A DNA stretch of 64,000 bases from Pirellulales bacterium (GTDB lineage Bacteria; Planctomycetota; Planctomycetia; Pirellulales; PALSA-1355): the NCBI GenBank assembly GCA_963733035.1, contig CAVTBU010000005.1:992001-1056000 (forward strand). The letters run 5' to 3'. The translations under genes were made by a program, and so were the position numbers. Positions within the stretch are counted from its first letter, which is position 1, and every line of letters begins with the position of its first letter. Shown piece by piece: positions 22,775-32,898 of this stretch. The notes under the pieces were generated by a model. That model had not been told where the DNA came from. It saw only the letters and a program-made list of their open reading frames with translations, and made no database searches.

Positions 22775-23257
22775 TTAGCCACCGCAACCGCAGGACGGTT
22801 CGCAAACCGGGGCACAGCAGCTGGGCTCACAGCACGGCGTGCAGCAGCTCTTGCGGCAGCAGTGACGGTGGAACAGGTGGCAGCGGTGACGGCAGCACTT
22901 CGGAGCGCAGCACGAAGGCGCGGCACAGCACGAAGGTTCTGGCGCACAGCATGTCGGTTCCGGCGCACAACAAGTGGGCTCACAGCACGACGTGCAGCAG
23001 CTCTTGCGGCAGCAATGACGGTGGAACAGGCGGCAGCGGTGACGGCAGCACTTCGGAGCGCAGCACGAGGGCGCCGCACAGCACGAAGGTTCTGGCGCAC
23101 AGCATGCCGGCTCACACACCGGAGCGCAACACGACGGCTCGGGGGCACAACACGACGGCTCACAACAGCCGCCAAACAGGCGGGCTTCCGCTTGCGAAGC
23201 GGAAAGCACAAACAGACCGGCCAACAGCAGGGCCGGCAACACGATCCGGGATTTCAT
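22775..23257 (-). CDS. secreted ultra-Cys-rich repeat protein (CCxP repeats)
   Basis: AGGAG RBS; signal peptide ending AEA; 44 Cys in ~135 mature aa; 51-aa (153-nt) internal duplication. Confidence 0.85.
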   Translation of the reverse strand: MKSRIVLPALLLAGLFVLSASQAEARLFGGCCEPSCCAPEPSCCAPVCEPACCAPEPSCCAAPSCCAPKCCRHRCRLFHRHCCRKSCCTSCCEPTCCAPEPTCCAPEPSCCAAPSCCAPKCCRHRCHLFHRHCCRKSCCTPCCEPSCCAPVCEPSCGCGG

Positions 23258-23748
23258 GGACGGAACTCCTAAACAGAAACTTTGGGGGATTCCACTTCTC
23301 CTTTGACCGCACAGCCAATCAGACCTCTGGCGCATTTTTATGCGAAGTATCAGGCCTGGCTGAGCAGCTACGTCTGAGGTCGTTCCCGTAGGAAAGCCTC
23401 GCTGATGGTTATCGTCGACGCAGTTCCGCCCTTTTAGTCTGTCTATCTATTTCTCCTAAACTTCCTGGATCAGGAGTGCATGCAGACGGGATCTAGCGGT
23501 TTTGCGGCACCTCGGTTCCGTCGCTGGCCGATGTTAACCATCCACGCAGAGGGGATTTACGAAAAACCGACGCCAATACATGCGGTATCGCAGGCAAAAT
23601 CGCGCCGAGCGAACCAACCTGGCTGGGCAGCAACTAGGCCGGCGCACTTTCAAATTCCCAGTTATGACCTAGAGTTAGCTGGAGCTTTGATAGGCCGCGT
23701 TCGGCGAGCTTTGGAGTTGCCGGTACCGCATCCGGCACTGGGGCGGAA

Positions 23749-24081
23749 ATGTCGCAGATTCGCACGCAACTTCCGACGATTCACTCGTCTCTTGCAGCGG
23801 ACCCCGTGTTGGCAGAACTCGTCGCTGAATTCGTCACCGAGATTCCCGGACGGTTGGCACGGTTGCGACGCCACCTCGAATCGGAAGATTGGGACTCGCT
23901 CCGACGCTCGGCGCATCAACTGCGAGGAGCGGCCGGGAGCTATGGTTTTGACCCGATTACTCCGCTCGCTGCGGAAGTCGAAACACTTGTCTGCCAGTGC
24001 GCAAGTCGCAAACAGGTGGCCTCAGCCACGCACCTCCTGATAGCGCACTGCCAACGGATGAGTGCCGATACCGCTCGGTAG
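23749..24081 (+). CDS. stand-alone Hpt (histidine phosphotransfer) protein
   Basis: AHQLRGAAGSYGF motif. Confidence 0.85.
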   Translation: MSQIRTQLPTIHSSLAADPVLAELVAEFVTEIPGRLARLRRHLESEDWDSLRRSAHQLRGAAGSYGFDPITPLAAEVETLVCQCASRKQVASATHLLIAHCQRMSADTAR

Positions 24082-24092
24082 ACGTGGCGCCG

Positions 24093-25490
24093 CTACCTTT
24101 GCTCACGGTCGGCAGCCATCGACAGGGCGACTAAGTAGGGCACCGGTTCACTGCCGAGCGCGTTTAAAACGGTCCCACCTGCCGTAAAGACGTGGGTAAC
24201 GTCCGCGGGCTTGCCGTACCGTTCGAGAGCTGCGCCACCTTCGCCACCGCCAACATAGACTTCCACGCCCGCATCGTGGAGGCGTTTGAGTTGGCTGATG
24301 AAGTGTTTGGTGCCCTCGGCAAACTGAGGATCTTCGAACTTGCCGAACACGCCGTTGTAAAACGCCACAGTACGGCGGCCCTTGTGCCTATCGATGAATT
24401 CACCGACCTTCGTCGCAAATAGTTTGCTCGTCATTGGACCAACGTCGAGTTGTTGGTCTTTGGGCCCGATCGTTTCGCCAACTTGGCCATTCTGCAGAAC
24501 GAAGTCTACCGGCAAGACAAATTCAATCCCTTTTTCACGGCCTTCGGAAATCATCCGCCGAGCTTGTTCAATTCTCTCTGCCGGAATGAAGTAAGGCTTG
24601 TCTGCGTGCGTCGGATCTTCGGCGACACCCATCGAGAATTGTTTTCGATCAAGTTCTGCTGAAGCCTTTTTGAGCGCCATGGCCAACGAACCCGCGGTGA
24701 ACACCATTTTCACTTTGCCGCGCCCGATCATGGCCTCGAGATCGTCAAGCTTGTCGGTCTTCAGGCCACTAAAGATCACGAGCTCCGTGTCGAGGCATCG
24801 CAGCATTGGCCCATCGAATTCCTTGGCCACATAGGCACCAAGGGCCACACGATCCATCGCGGCTGGCACGATGATGGTGGACGTATCGAGGCTTCCGGCC
24901 GACAAGGCTTCGTTAACGTAGACCTTTGCCACGTTGTCCGCCATTTGCTTGGCAAAACGGGCAAGGGGTCCGGCGAGATTTGCAAGGTCGTCGGGTTCGG
25001 CCTTCCAGAGGACGCGTTCAATTTCGTATCGACGTGTGTTTTCAAGTACCAAAATGCTTCCAGGTGCCGCCGCGCGAATCGTTTCGACAACGTGATTCTT
25101 GACCGTCAGCGATGATTCGTCGAGCCAATCTTCCACTAGCGGCACGTTGCACTTGAGCAATTCGCCGATCCGCCGCGTAACGTTGGCCAACGTTTCGTCC
25201 GGCTTGCGTCCACGATGGCCGAAGATAATCTGCTTCCACCCATTCTTGCGGCCGAATTCGAGTGATTCCACCATCGAACGCAGACGGATATCGCCGTCGC
25301 CGATTTGTGACCCGGGTTTTGCATCCACGTCGCCGCGTACCAGCACGGGCGTACCGCTCTGAATCTCGCGTAGCGAGTCGAGTCGCGGAATACTCTTGAG
25401 GAAGTCAGCCAGCGATCGCATCGGACGCTGCCCGTCCACGTTTAACAGCGTTTGGCACCACTTCAGCATGAATTCGGGGGAGACGTTCAT
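24093..25490 (-). CDS. pgk: phosphoglycerate kinase (divergent)
   Basis: VLVRGD, LENTR, LPVDF, DVGP, NGVFGKFE..F..GT, VGGGE; ATG at 25490 with AGAGG RBS. Confidence 0.75.
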   Translation of the reverse strand: MNVSPEFMLKWCQTLLNVDGQRPMRSLADFLKSIPRLDSLREIQSGTPVLVRGDVDAKPGSQIGDGDIRLRSMVESLEFGRKNGWKQIIFGHRGRKPDETLANVTRRIGELLKCNVPLVEDWLDESSLTVKNHVVETIRAAAPGSILVLENTRRYEIERVLWKAEPDDLANLAGPLARFAKQMADNVAKVYVNEALSAGSLDTSTIIVPAAMDRVALGAYVAKEFDGPMLRCLDTELVIFSGLKTDKLDDLEAMIGRGKVKMVFTAGSLAMALKKASAELDRKQFSMGVAEDPTHADKPYFIPAERIEQARRMISEGREKGIEFVLPVDFVLQNGQVGETIGPKDQQLDVGPMTSKLFATKVGEFIDRHKGRRTVAFYNGVFGKFEDPQFAEGTKHFISQLKRLHDAGVEVYVGGGEGGAALERYGKPADVTHVFTAGGTVLNALGSEPVPYLVALSMAADREQR

Positions 25491-25677
25491 TGGGGTTCCT
25501 CTTCTTCGCGCAGATTCAAACGGCGATGGCCAAGGAGCTGCTGAAAGCAACTTCCTCGCCAATTCCACTGGTTGGCGGGCGACCCATTCTATGAGCTCGC
25601 CTGATAATCGCCCCGCCGAGCGGCCACTCAATGTACAGAAGTGACCGTTGCCTCGCCATGGCCGATAGGGGGAGATG

Positions 25678-27051
25678 CTACTTGGGCGGGACGGCACGAC
25701 CAGCGATTTCCGAATCGTTCGGAGCCTCGTGGGCATCGACGAGTACTTCCGTTAACCGACGCTCGAACTCCTTCTTTTCGGCTTCGTACGCGTCCAGTTC
25801 CGCCTGAGCGAGGTTTTCTCCGGCCAGCAGTTTGTCGAGCTTAGCTGGTAGCGTCTGGGGCAGCTGGGGATCGTAGCCGATGTGATAGTCTTGCACCGTG
25901 CCGTCACGTCCGAGGACGACGGTCGTTGGCAACCCTTGCAAGGCAAATACGCGATCCGTGAGCTGTTCTTGGTCGCGTGCTATCGGGATCGTCAGGTTGT
26001 GGTTTTTGAAGGCCTCCTCCACTTTCGCATTGCTGAGTGCCAGATCGTCTTTGCTGACAGCGAGAAACGCGATTTGGTCATTGTCTTTGTATTGCTGATA
26101 GACCTGTTCCAGCAGCGGTAGACCTTCAAAGCACCAACCGCACCAGGTTGCCCACAGGTCGAGCACAACGACCTTGCCAGCCAGCGATTCCCTGCCCAAG
26201 GCTGTTCCGTCGAGCGTGACGAATGTAAATTTGTCGACCGGCTTGGCCAACAAGGCCGGCGGTGCCGGTGGCGGTGGCATGACAAACTGTTTGACAAGTT
26301 TCACGTCCTCGGGCACTTCCATCTCGAATGCCACTGGATTGATCGACTCATTGACCGCAGCGCCGCGAAACTCAGCCCACAGCCGCGCCAGCGGGAATTG
26401 TTTGCGGATCTCGTCCAGCGGAAATTCGTATTTCACCAGCAGCCCGCTTTGTTGTTCGATCCAGAGCTCACTTTTGCCGGCGGGACCTTCCAATGCGATG
26501 CGCCAGCACTTCTTCCCTTGAAACTCCGAATCAGAAAGTTGCCGCGGCGTGCACTCGCTTGTGAGCGTTTCGAGCGGTTGGTCGCCAGACAGCAACAACA
26601 ATTGCGGTAAGTCGACCCCGAGCTGGCCGTGCATGGCCTTGTCGAGCATTTCGTCGGACATCAGTTCCGAGGCCGTCAATTCCGCGGGACATTTTCGCAC
26701 AAGTACCTGACCGGGGAGCGATTGGACCACGCTGTGAATCCATTCGCCATCGGACACGCTCGTCGTGTCAAGTGCGTGAATTCGCAGACGGTTTGGTCGC
26801 TCCAGCGACACCGAAAATGGTAGGGAGCGGAATTCACCCTCGGGCGCGCCATCGACAAGAAACCGCAATTCGCCTGCATCTTGATAACTGGCGGCCTTGC
26901 GATAGCGCTCCGCCAGCGTGGCCAGACGTTCGCGAGGACTGCGCTGCCTACCAACCTCCCTTTGCTGCGACGTCGAGTCTCGGCCGCATCCTAGGAGAAA
27001 CAACACGACAATGGCCGTGAACGCCATCCCGTAGGTAGTCGTAATCTTCAT
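25678..27051 (-). CDS. lipoprotein with LolA-like domain and C-terminal TlpA/redoxin domain
   Basis: Lipobox LLGC; DLWATWCGWC; GLPTTVV. Confidence 0.8.
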   Translation of the reverse strand: MKITTTYGMAFTAIVVLFLLGCGRDSTSQQREVGRQRSPRERLATLAERYRKAASYQDAGELRFLVDGAPEGEFRSLPFSVSLERPNRLRIHALDTTSVSDGEWIHSVVQSLPGQVLVRKCPAELTASELMSDEMLDKAMHGQLGVDLPQLLLLSGDQPLETLTSECTPRQLSDSEFQGKKCWRIALEGPAGKSELWIEQQSGLLVKYEFPLDEIRKQFPLARLWAEFRGAAVNESINPVAFEMEVPEDVKLVKQFVMPPPPAPPALLAKPVDKFTFVTLDGTALGRESLAGKVVVLDLWATWCGWCFEGLPLLEQVYQQYKDNDQIAFLAVSKDDLALSNAKVEEAFKNHNLTIPIARDQEQLTDRVFALQGLPTTVVLGRDGTVQDYHIGYDPQLPQTLPAKLDKLLAGENLAQAELDAYEAEKKEFERRLTEVLVDAHEAPNDSEIAGRAVPPK

Positions 27052-27242
27052 CTCGCTAGCATCCTTGCATGGAGTTGACGACCGTGTGGGCGGTGTCTGC
27101 AGTACGTGAAAACTGTCGCAGGCGACGATTATTCGCAACTTCGCCGGCTACGTAAAGCTCGACTTCTTGACCGCTTGCAAAGGCCCTCCCTATGATGCCA
27201 GCAGGTCGGAAATTGGATCTCCTCGCTTTGTCGATGGCCGCA

Positions 27243-28493
27243 ATGATTGAACTCACTTACGGTACCGGCTCGAAAATCGAACTTGAGCTCGAAAACGATG
27301 CTCTGGTGACGGTTTGCGACGCGCCGCGTGGACGACCACTGAACGACGTGGCAACCGAATTGCAGGCTGCTTTGAACACTCCACGTGATTTTCCAGCCCT
27401 TTCACAGGCTGCCGTGCCCGGCGATCGGGTGGTGCTAGCACTCGATGACAGCGTGCCCCAGGCGGCGACATGCGTAGCCCAAACAATTGCCGTACTGCTC
27501 GAGGCTGGCGTGCGGGCGAGTGAGATCACAATTCTCACTACGGCCGGGCGCGCTTCCACGGCCGAAACATTGGCCGCGCTACCTGCCGAAATTCACGGGG
27601 CCGTCAAAACACAAGTCCACAACCCAAGAGATCGCGAACGGTTGAGTTATCTTGCCTCCGCGACCGATGCCAGTCCGATCTACATCAACCGGGCAATTCA
27701 TGATGCCGACCTGGTCGTTTCAATTGGTGCTCTGCATCTACCTCATACGTTGGGCTACCACGGGATCTACTCCGGAATCTTTCCTGCGTTCTCCGACAGC
27801 CGCACCATAGCTCGCTTTCGTTCACCGAAGGCCACCCGCGCTGAGGAACAGGACCGCCTACGTGAGCAAGCCAACGAAGTCGGTTGGCTGCTAGGAGCGA
27901 GGTTTACCATTCAGGTCATTCCCGGAGCGCGTGATCATGTGCTCCACGTCTTGGCCGGCGATCAGGACGCCGTCCTTGCCGCCGGTGGAGAACTTTGCAG
28001 AGCGGCTTGGAGCTTTGAGGTGCCTAACCGAGTCGGACTCGTGGTGGCTGCGATTGAGGGCGACGTTTCACAACAAACCTGGGAGAACGTCGGTCGTGCC
28101 TTGGGCGCTGCGGAACGCGTGCTCGACGAAGGCGGCGACGTTGTCATTTGCAGCCGGCTGAATCAACCGCTCGGTCCGGGACTTGAACGCCTCATCGGTG
28201 CCGACGATCTAAACGTGGCATTGCGTGAGATCGCTCGGGAACAACCCATCGACGGACTCCCGGCGGCACAACTCGGCCATGCTCTCGAACGAGGTCGGGT
28301 CTACTTGTTGAGCGACCTGCGCGACGAGCGGATGGAAGAATTGGGTATTTATCCGCTCGATGCTGAACACGTTTCACGCGTCGCGAGCCGTTACAGTTCG
28401 TGCATCGTCCTGGCTAATGCGCAATACGCTCAGGCCTGGCCTCGTGCCGAGTCGTTACCTGACAAACCTCGACCACGCAAATCGCGAATATGA
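27243..28493 (+). CDS. lactate racemase (LarA/DUF2088)-domain protein
   Basis: LTYG N-terminus, HNP..., IYINRAIHDADLVV, GYHG. Confidence 0.7.
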   Translation: MIELTYGTGSKIELELENDALVTVCDAPRGRPLNDVATELQAALNTPRDFPALSQAAVPGDRVVLALDDSVPQAATCVAQTIAVLLEAGVRASEITILTTAGRASTAETLAALPAEIHGAVKTQVHNPRDRERLSYLASATDASPIYINRAIHDADLVVSIGALHLPHTLGYHGIYSGIFPAFSDSRTIARFRSPKATRAEEQDRLREQANEVGWLLGARFTIQVIPGARDHVLHVLAGDQDAVLAAGGELCRAAWSFEVPNRVGLVVAAIEGDVSQQTWENVGRALGAAERVLDEGGDVVICSRLNQPLGPGLERLIGADDLNVALREIAREQPIDGLPAAQLGHALERGRVYLLSDLRDERMEELGIYPLDAEHVSRVASRYSSCIVLANAQYAQAWPRAESLPDKPRPRKSRI

Positions 28494-29476
28494 CCACTGC
28501 GCCTGCTAGCCAACCGGCCTGGCTATCTGACTATCAAGCTCTAACCCAAAGCGTCGGGTTTGTGCCGCTTGGCCGCACACAAATCGAACTGTCCGGCAAG
28601 GATCGCGGCGCGTTTCTGCATAATCTCTGCACGAACGAAATCAAGAAGTTGGTCGTTGGGTCCGGCTGCGAAGCGTTCATCACGTCGGTGCAGGGCAAGA
28701 CACTCGGTCACGTCTTAGTATTCGCCGAGCCAGACTCGCTAATACTCGACACCGTCGGCGGACAAAGCGAAACACTGCTGAAACACTTGGATCACTATCT
28801 GGTTTGTGAGAATGTCGTTCTAGCAGATCGTACCGAGGACTGGTTCGAATTGTTGTTGTCCGGCCCGAACGCTGAACCGATACTGTCGGAGCAGTGGCAC
28901 GTCGCGCTACCGACCTCGCGGCTGGCTCACGTTTCAATCAATGTCGATCGCCGGCCGATTCACATTCGCCGTATCGACATGACAGCCGGCGGAGGTTTTC
29001 TGATAAGTGTTGCCCAAAACGATTCTGACTGGCTCAAATTGCAACTCAAGGAGGCCGGCGCAATCGAATGTGCAACTGCCGCATTTGAGGCAGCTCGCAT
29101 TGAACACGGAACGCCACTTTTCGGCCATGACATTAGCGACAAGAACCTTCCCCAGGAGTTGGCACGCGACGATCAAGCGATCAGCTTCGTAAAGGGATGC
29201 TATTTGGGTCAGGAAACCGTCGCGCGCATCGACGCACTCGGACACGTCAATCGATTGCTGGTCGGCATCCGCTTCGCGGGAAAACGGATCCCAGAAGTCG
29301 GTGCTGAGTTGCGGGTGGGAGACCAGGTAGTGGGCGAGATCACTTCAGCGACTTATAGCCCACGATTGTCCGCACCCCTGGGATTGGGCTTTGTACGCCA
29401 GGCGCACGCGCGCCCTGCGACACGGCTGGCGTCGATGAACGGCGACGCGGAAATAATCGCGCTGCCGGTCGGTTAG
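28490..29476 (+). CDS. ygfZ: YgfZ/GcvT-family folate-binding protein
   Basis: ISFVKGCYLGQETVARI signature. Confidence 0.9.
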   Translation: MTTAPASQPAWLSDYQALTQSVGFVPLGRTQIELSGKDRGAFLHNLCTNEIKKLVVGSGCEAFITSVQGKTLGHVLVFAEPDSLILDTVGGQSETLLKHLDHYLVCENVVLADRTEDWFELLLSGPNAEPILSEQWHVALPTSRLAHVSINVDRRPIHIRRIDMTAGGGFLISVAQNDSDWLKLQLKEAGAIECATAAFEAARIEHGTPLFGHDISDKNLPQELARDDQAISFVKGCYLGQETVARIDALGHVNRLLVGIRFAGKRIPEVGAELRVGDQVVGEITSATYSPRLSAPLGLGFVRQAHARPATRLASMNGDAEIIALPVG

Positions 29477-29961
29477 TTGGACCGCGGCGAGGCGGCGATG
29501 GTAGTCGTTGCCGCGTGTGTCGTTAACCACTCACCGACTCTGCCGAGCACATTGGCGGTTTTCGGAAATTGGGAGGCACAACAGTACGACTTTTTCGAAA
29601 GCGAATCAGCAAGGCATTGAAGGTACTCTTGCATTTCAGCTAGAAATGCCCGCGCAGCTTCATCGCTGAGCGCCTGACTGATGAGCAGTACGTCCGCGGT
29701 GTGGCGTTCACGTCGCAGCGAGATGAGCTCTCCGGCCCTGGCCTTGTAGAGCAAGCCATCAACGTAAGCTCGACGTAACTTGCCATTCGAGGTGAACTGG
29801 TAGACTCGATCCGGGGTCACGTACACTGAGAAGCTCCCCTCGCGACGAAAGCCCACGACGGTCTCTTCGTCACGGCCCGGCAAACGCACACTGGCCCGCT
29901 CGACCAGCGAGGTGGCTTCGGCCATCAGATCTTCACGGTCTTCTTCTTGTCGGGCCATCAC
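29473..29961 (-). CDS. hypothetical protein
   Basis: Protein-like ORF (MARQEEDREDLMAEA...LRRAYVDG) filling the gap between flanking genes. Confidence 0.7.
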   Translation of the reverse strand: MMARQEEDREDLMAEATSLVERASVRLPGRDEETVVGFRREGSFSVYVTPDRVYQFTSNGKLRRAYVDGLLYKARAGELISLRRERHTADVLLISQALSDEAARAFLAEMQEYLQCLADSLSKKSYCCASQFPKTANVLGRVGEWLTTHAATTTIAASPRSN

Positions 29962-29964
29962 AGG

Positions 29965-31449
29965 CTATTCTATTGTCCGCCGATGCCGAACGCGGCCGCA
30001 GACCATAAACAGGGCAATCGTGGCCAGACAGGCGAGCAGGTATCCTTCCGGCTCGGGTACCAGGATCTGCGTAATGTGGGTGGCCCAGGCATCGGATGAC
30101 AGGGGGTACTCCTGGAACGTCCAAAACACGTTCGGATCGTAGGGATCGACTAGTGTTGTGGTGTAGTCGCCCCAGCGGCTGTTCAGATAGTGATAGTCGT
30201 CGACGGTACCGGCCAGCAGAAGGAAGGGATCGGAAAAGGTGGTTACGTCACCCACCGTTGTTCCCAAGGCCGACAAGATGCTGATCTGACCATCTGGCCC
30301 AAATCCTGATCGGTTAAAACCAACCATCACGTCGCCGTCCGGGTTTGCCGCGATCGACGCTTGGTAGAAGTCGTAGTTCGGGTCGCTGATCGTCCCGGAC
30401 TGAATGACCTGATTCGTGGCCTCGTCAATCTTGTACCAACGGATGCCGGAATTGACGCCAACAAGCACGTCTTGCACGGCATAAATAGTGCCGCCAACTT
30501 GGACGACTTCGCTCTTGAGGCGGTGATCGATCAAGCCGATCGTCCGCGTTCCGTCGGGCTGTGCCGCGTTGGGAGGGAACGAATAATCGGGGACAGGAAT
30601 CTCCGTGGCAGAGGGTGTCATTGTGGCGCCGGCCCCGGCCGTGTTCATGAGGTCCGTGCGGTAAAGATAGCTGTCGGTGTAAGTGAGCCCCGTCGCCAGT
30701 ATAGGGGCATGGTTGCCGACTGATCCAAAGTTGATGATTGGCTGAAGTGTCCAGCCGACGAATGGCTGAAAACCAGAAATCAAGCCATCGAAACGCGTCA
30801 TATTGGCCAGCGAAGGCGTCGATGCCAGGAGGTCAGACTTTGGCACGGAGAAAAGGGATACGCTGTCGAGACCGCCCGCCAGACTGGCAAAGTTATCGGT
30901 GGAAACATAAACCCCGTTGGCATCCAAACCGAGAGCCGTGTAGTCGACAAACCTTCCAGTTCCCCCGACGTTTCCGGCGAAACTGACCGCCTTCCACGGC
31001 CCGGTCGGATCGCCGGTTTCGCTACGAGCCAACATCACGCGGTTGTCAACGCTGTCTGCTGTAAGAGCTGCCGCGATCCAACGATCCTCGGTCGGGTCAT
31101 AGATGATCCGCTGGTTAAAGGCGCCGAGATTGTTGATTCCGGTGCCGGGGTCAACGCCGGCGTTAACCCAGAATTGTCGCCCGGAAATCGCCTCAATTTG
31201 CGCGCCGGTTGACTTGTCGTAGACCGCAAACGCACCATTGATGAGTTGCACGATCTGTGATTGCCCGACCGCCCCGGCATCGTCCGGCGGGGCATAGCCG
31301 TTGTTGCCCGTGAGCAGCGCGCCCTGGTCGCGTGTGATCCCGGTGAAGTTCAAGCCAATCGTTTGGCTGAACGCCATCGAGTCGACAAACGTCAGCAGTA
31401 CGATTGAAAGAATAGCGCCCTTCAGAGGCGCGAGCGAACGCTGCGACAT
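29965..31449 (-). CDS. PEP-CTERM-sorted surface protein
   Basis: Signal peptide; PPD..GAVG, RWGDY motifs; C-terminal VPEP + TM helix + basic tail. Confidence 0.85.
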   Translation of the reverse strand: MSQRSLAPLKGAILSIVLLTFVDSMAFSQTIGLNFTGITRDQGALLTGNNGYAPPDDAGAVGQSQIVQLINGAFAVYDKSTGAQIEAISGRQFWVNAGVDPGTGINNLGAFNQRIIYDPTEDRWIAAALTADSVDNRVMLARSETGDPTGPWKAVSFAGNVGGTGRFVDYTALGLDANGVYVSTDNFASLAGGLDSVSLFSVPKSDLLASTPSLANMTRFDGLISGFQPFVGWTLQPIINFGSVGNHAPILATGLTYTDSYLYRTDLMNTAGAGATMTPSATEIPVPDYSFPPNAAQPDGTRTIGLIDHRLKSEVVQVGGTIYAVQDVLVGVNSGIRWYKIDEATNQVIQSGTISDPNYDFYQASIAANPDGDVMVGFNRSGFGPDGQISILSALGTTVGDVTTFSDPFLLLAGTVDDYHYLNSRWGDYTTTLVDPYDPNVFWTFQEYPLSSDAWATHITQILVPEPEGYLLACLATIALFMVCGRVRHRRTIE

Positions 31450-31637
31450 GATGACCTGCTACCGACCGAAAACGTAGAGTTGCCACGACGAGGAAAACGG
31501 CCTCAAATCACGAGCAACTCCAGCAGGTGTTTCAAACGAGAAGAATGGTGGCGGTTAATCTCCGCACGGTTACATCCTATTTGGCGTTCAAGTCAATTTC
31601 AACGGTTTTGTGATTATCTGCGAAATTCCCGTTCCGA

Positions 31638-32870
31638 CTAGCGGGCGATTTCCAAGTGCTCCGTGCTGACAGTTAGTCCGCGGTCATCGCGTGACGTGAA
31701 AAAGCAGATCAGCGGCCTGGTGGTCGGCAAATTGGCTGAAAGTTCGTGCTTTGCTTGATCAATTTCGGCGGGCAGGGTCGTCCAACTACGCTCCTGCCAG
31801 CGGCCAGCGTCGGTCGTGCAGTGTAGCTTTGCGCTCGCCAATGGCACGGCGGACGAGAATCTAGCGACTGCCCGATTCGCGTCAACCGTAACGGGCGACA
31901 GGGTGGCCAGTGACTTCCCGTCTTTGAGCACACTGTCGACGAACGCGGCGATTTCTGGCGGTGCCCAGCCGGCTTGATGTCCGTGGGGCATCTTTACCGT
32001 GATGCAAAGATTGCGAGGCGATGTGACCAATCGATACGATTTCTGGTAGCTATCGAGCGGATAGGCAAAATCGTTCGTACCGTTGACGAACAAAATTGGG
32101 CATTTTACGCCGGCCAGGTACTGCGAAGGGTCGAAGTTCTTCAGCCAACGATTGCGGGCTCTCGACGACAGGCGGTCAAATCGCCCGGATTCCTTCCATG
32201 CGCTGTTGTCACCCAGAAATCCACATCCGTAGACCGGTACGGCCACGGCGAGGCGATGATCGATGCCTGCGACAATGCATGTGAGATAGCCTCCCCAGCT
32301 AATTCCGGTAATGCCGATACGGGACTTGTCGACTTGTGGTTGCTGCAACAGCAGCGCGTGTCCTCGTAGTACCGCAGCAACGGCTTGGTAAGGCCAAGTG
32401 TCCTGAATCGAATTGGTCTCGGTAGCTTCGAACTTGGTATCGTCGTCTTGGGGAGGTCCACCGTGTGCCAAACGTTTGCCGTCGGCTCCGTTGCCGGCCA
32501 GGTCCATCGCGAGCGCCACATAACCACGGTCGGCCCAAAGTTGCGCCCATTCTGCAAACGCTTTCCCACCACCTCCATGCACCAGCAGCATCGCCGGAAA
32601 CGGCCCTGATCCCGATTCGGGCACGGCGTAGTACGCGAACACCTCCGTCTCGTGACCAAGATAAAGCTCGGACCGATACCGGATCGCCCGTAGGCTGCCT
32701 TCCCGCACGTCGACTTCAAACTGCGTGCGAGTGCTGAGAATTCGCTGGACATCCCACGGTCCGGTCGAATTGGGCGGGGCGCCTACCTCATCGGCTGTGG
32801 TCAGGCCTGCCAATAAAAGCACGGTCAGCGGGATGGCTGATAGGCGTGGCACGGGTGAAACTCCTGGCAA
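31638..32870 (-). CDS. secreted alpha/beta hydrolase (acetylxylan esterase-like)
   Basis: LVHGGGG, GISWGG nucleophile elbow, NGTND, PHGH. Confidence 0.85.
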   Translation of the reverse strand: MPGVSPVPRLSAIPLTVLLLAGLTTADEVGAPPNSTGPWDVQRILSTRTQFEVDVREGSLRAIRYRSELYLGHETEVFAYYAVPESGSGPFPAMLLVHGGGGKAFAEWAQLWADRGYVALAMDLAGNGADGKRLAHGGPPQDDDTKFEATETNSIQDTWPYQAVAAVLRGHALLLQQPQVDKSRIGITGISWGGYLTCIVAGIDHRLAVAVPVYGCGFLGDNSAWKESGRFDRLSSRARNRWLKNFDPSQYLAGVKCPILFVNGTNDFAYPLDSYQKSYRLVTSPRNLCITVKMPHGHQAGWAPPEIAAFVDSVLKDGKSLATLSPVTVDANRAVARFSSAVPLASAKLHCTTDAGRWQERSWTTLPAEIDQAKHELSANLPTTRPLICFFTSRDDRGLTVSTEHLEIAR

Positions 32871-32898
32871 GCGAATGGACGGGAGAGACTAATAGGAA

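Noticed and set aside
22505..23391. Repetitive plus-strand ORFs that could suggest a CRISPR-like array
   Set aside because: The repeats are the codon pattern of the minus-strand Cys-rich gene; there is no repeat-spacer structure and no cas gene.
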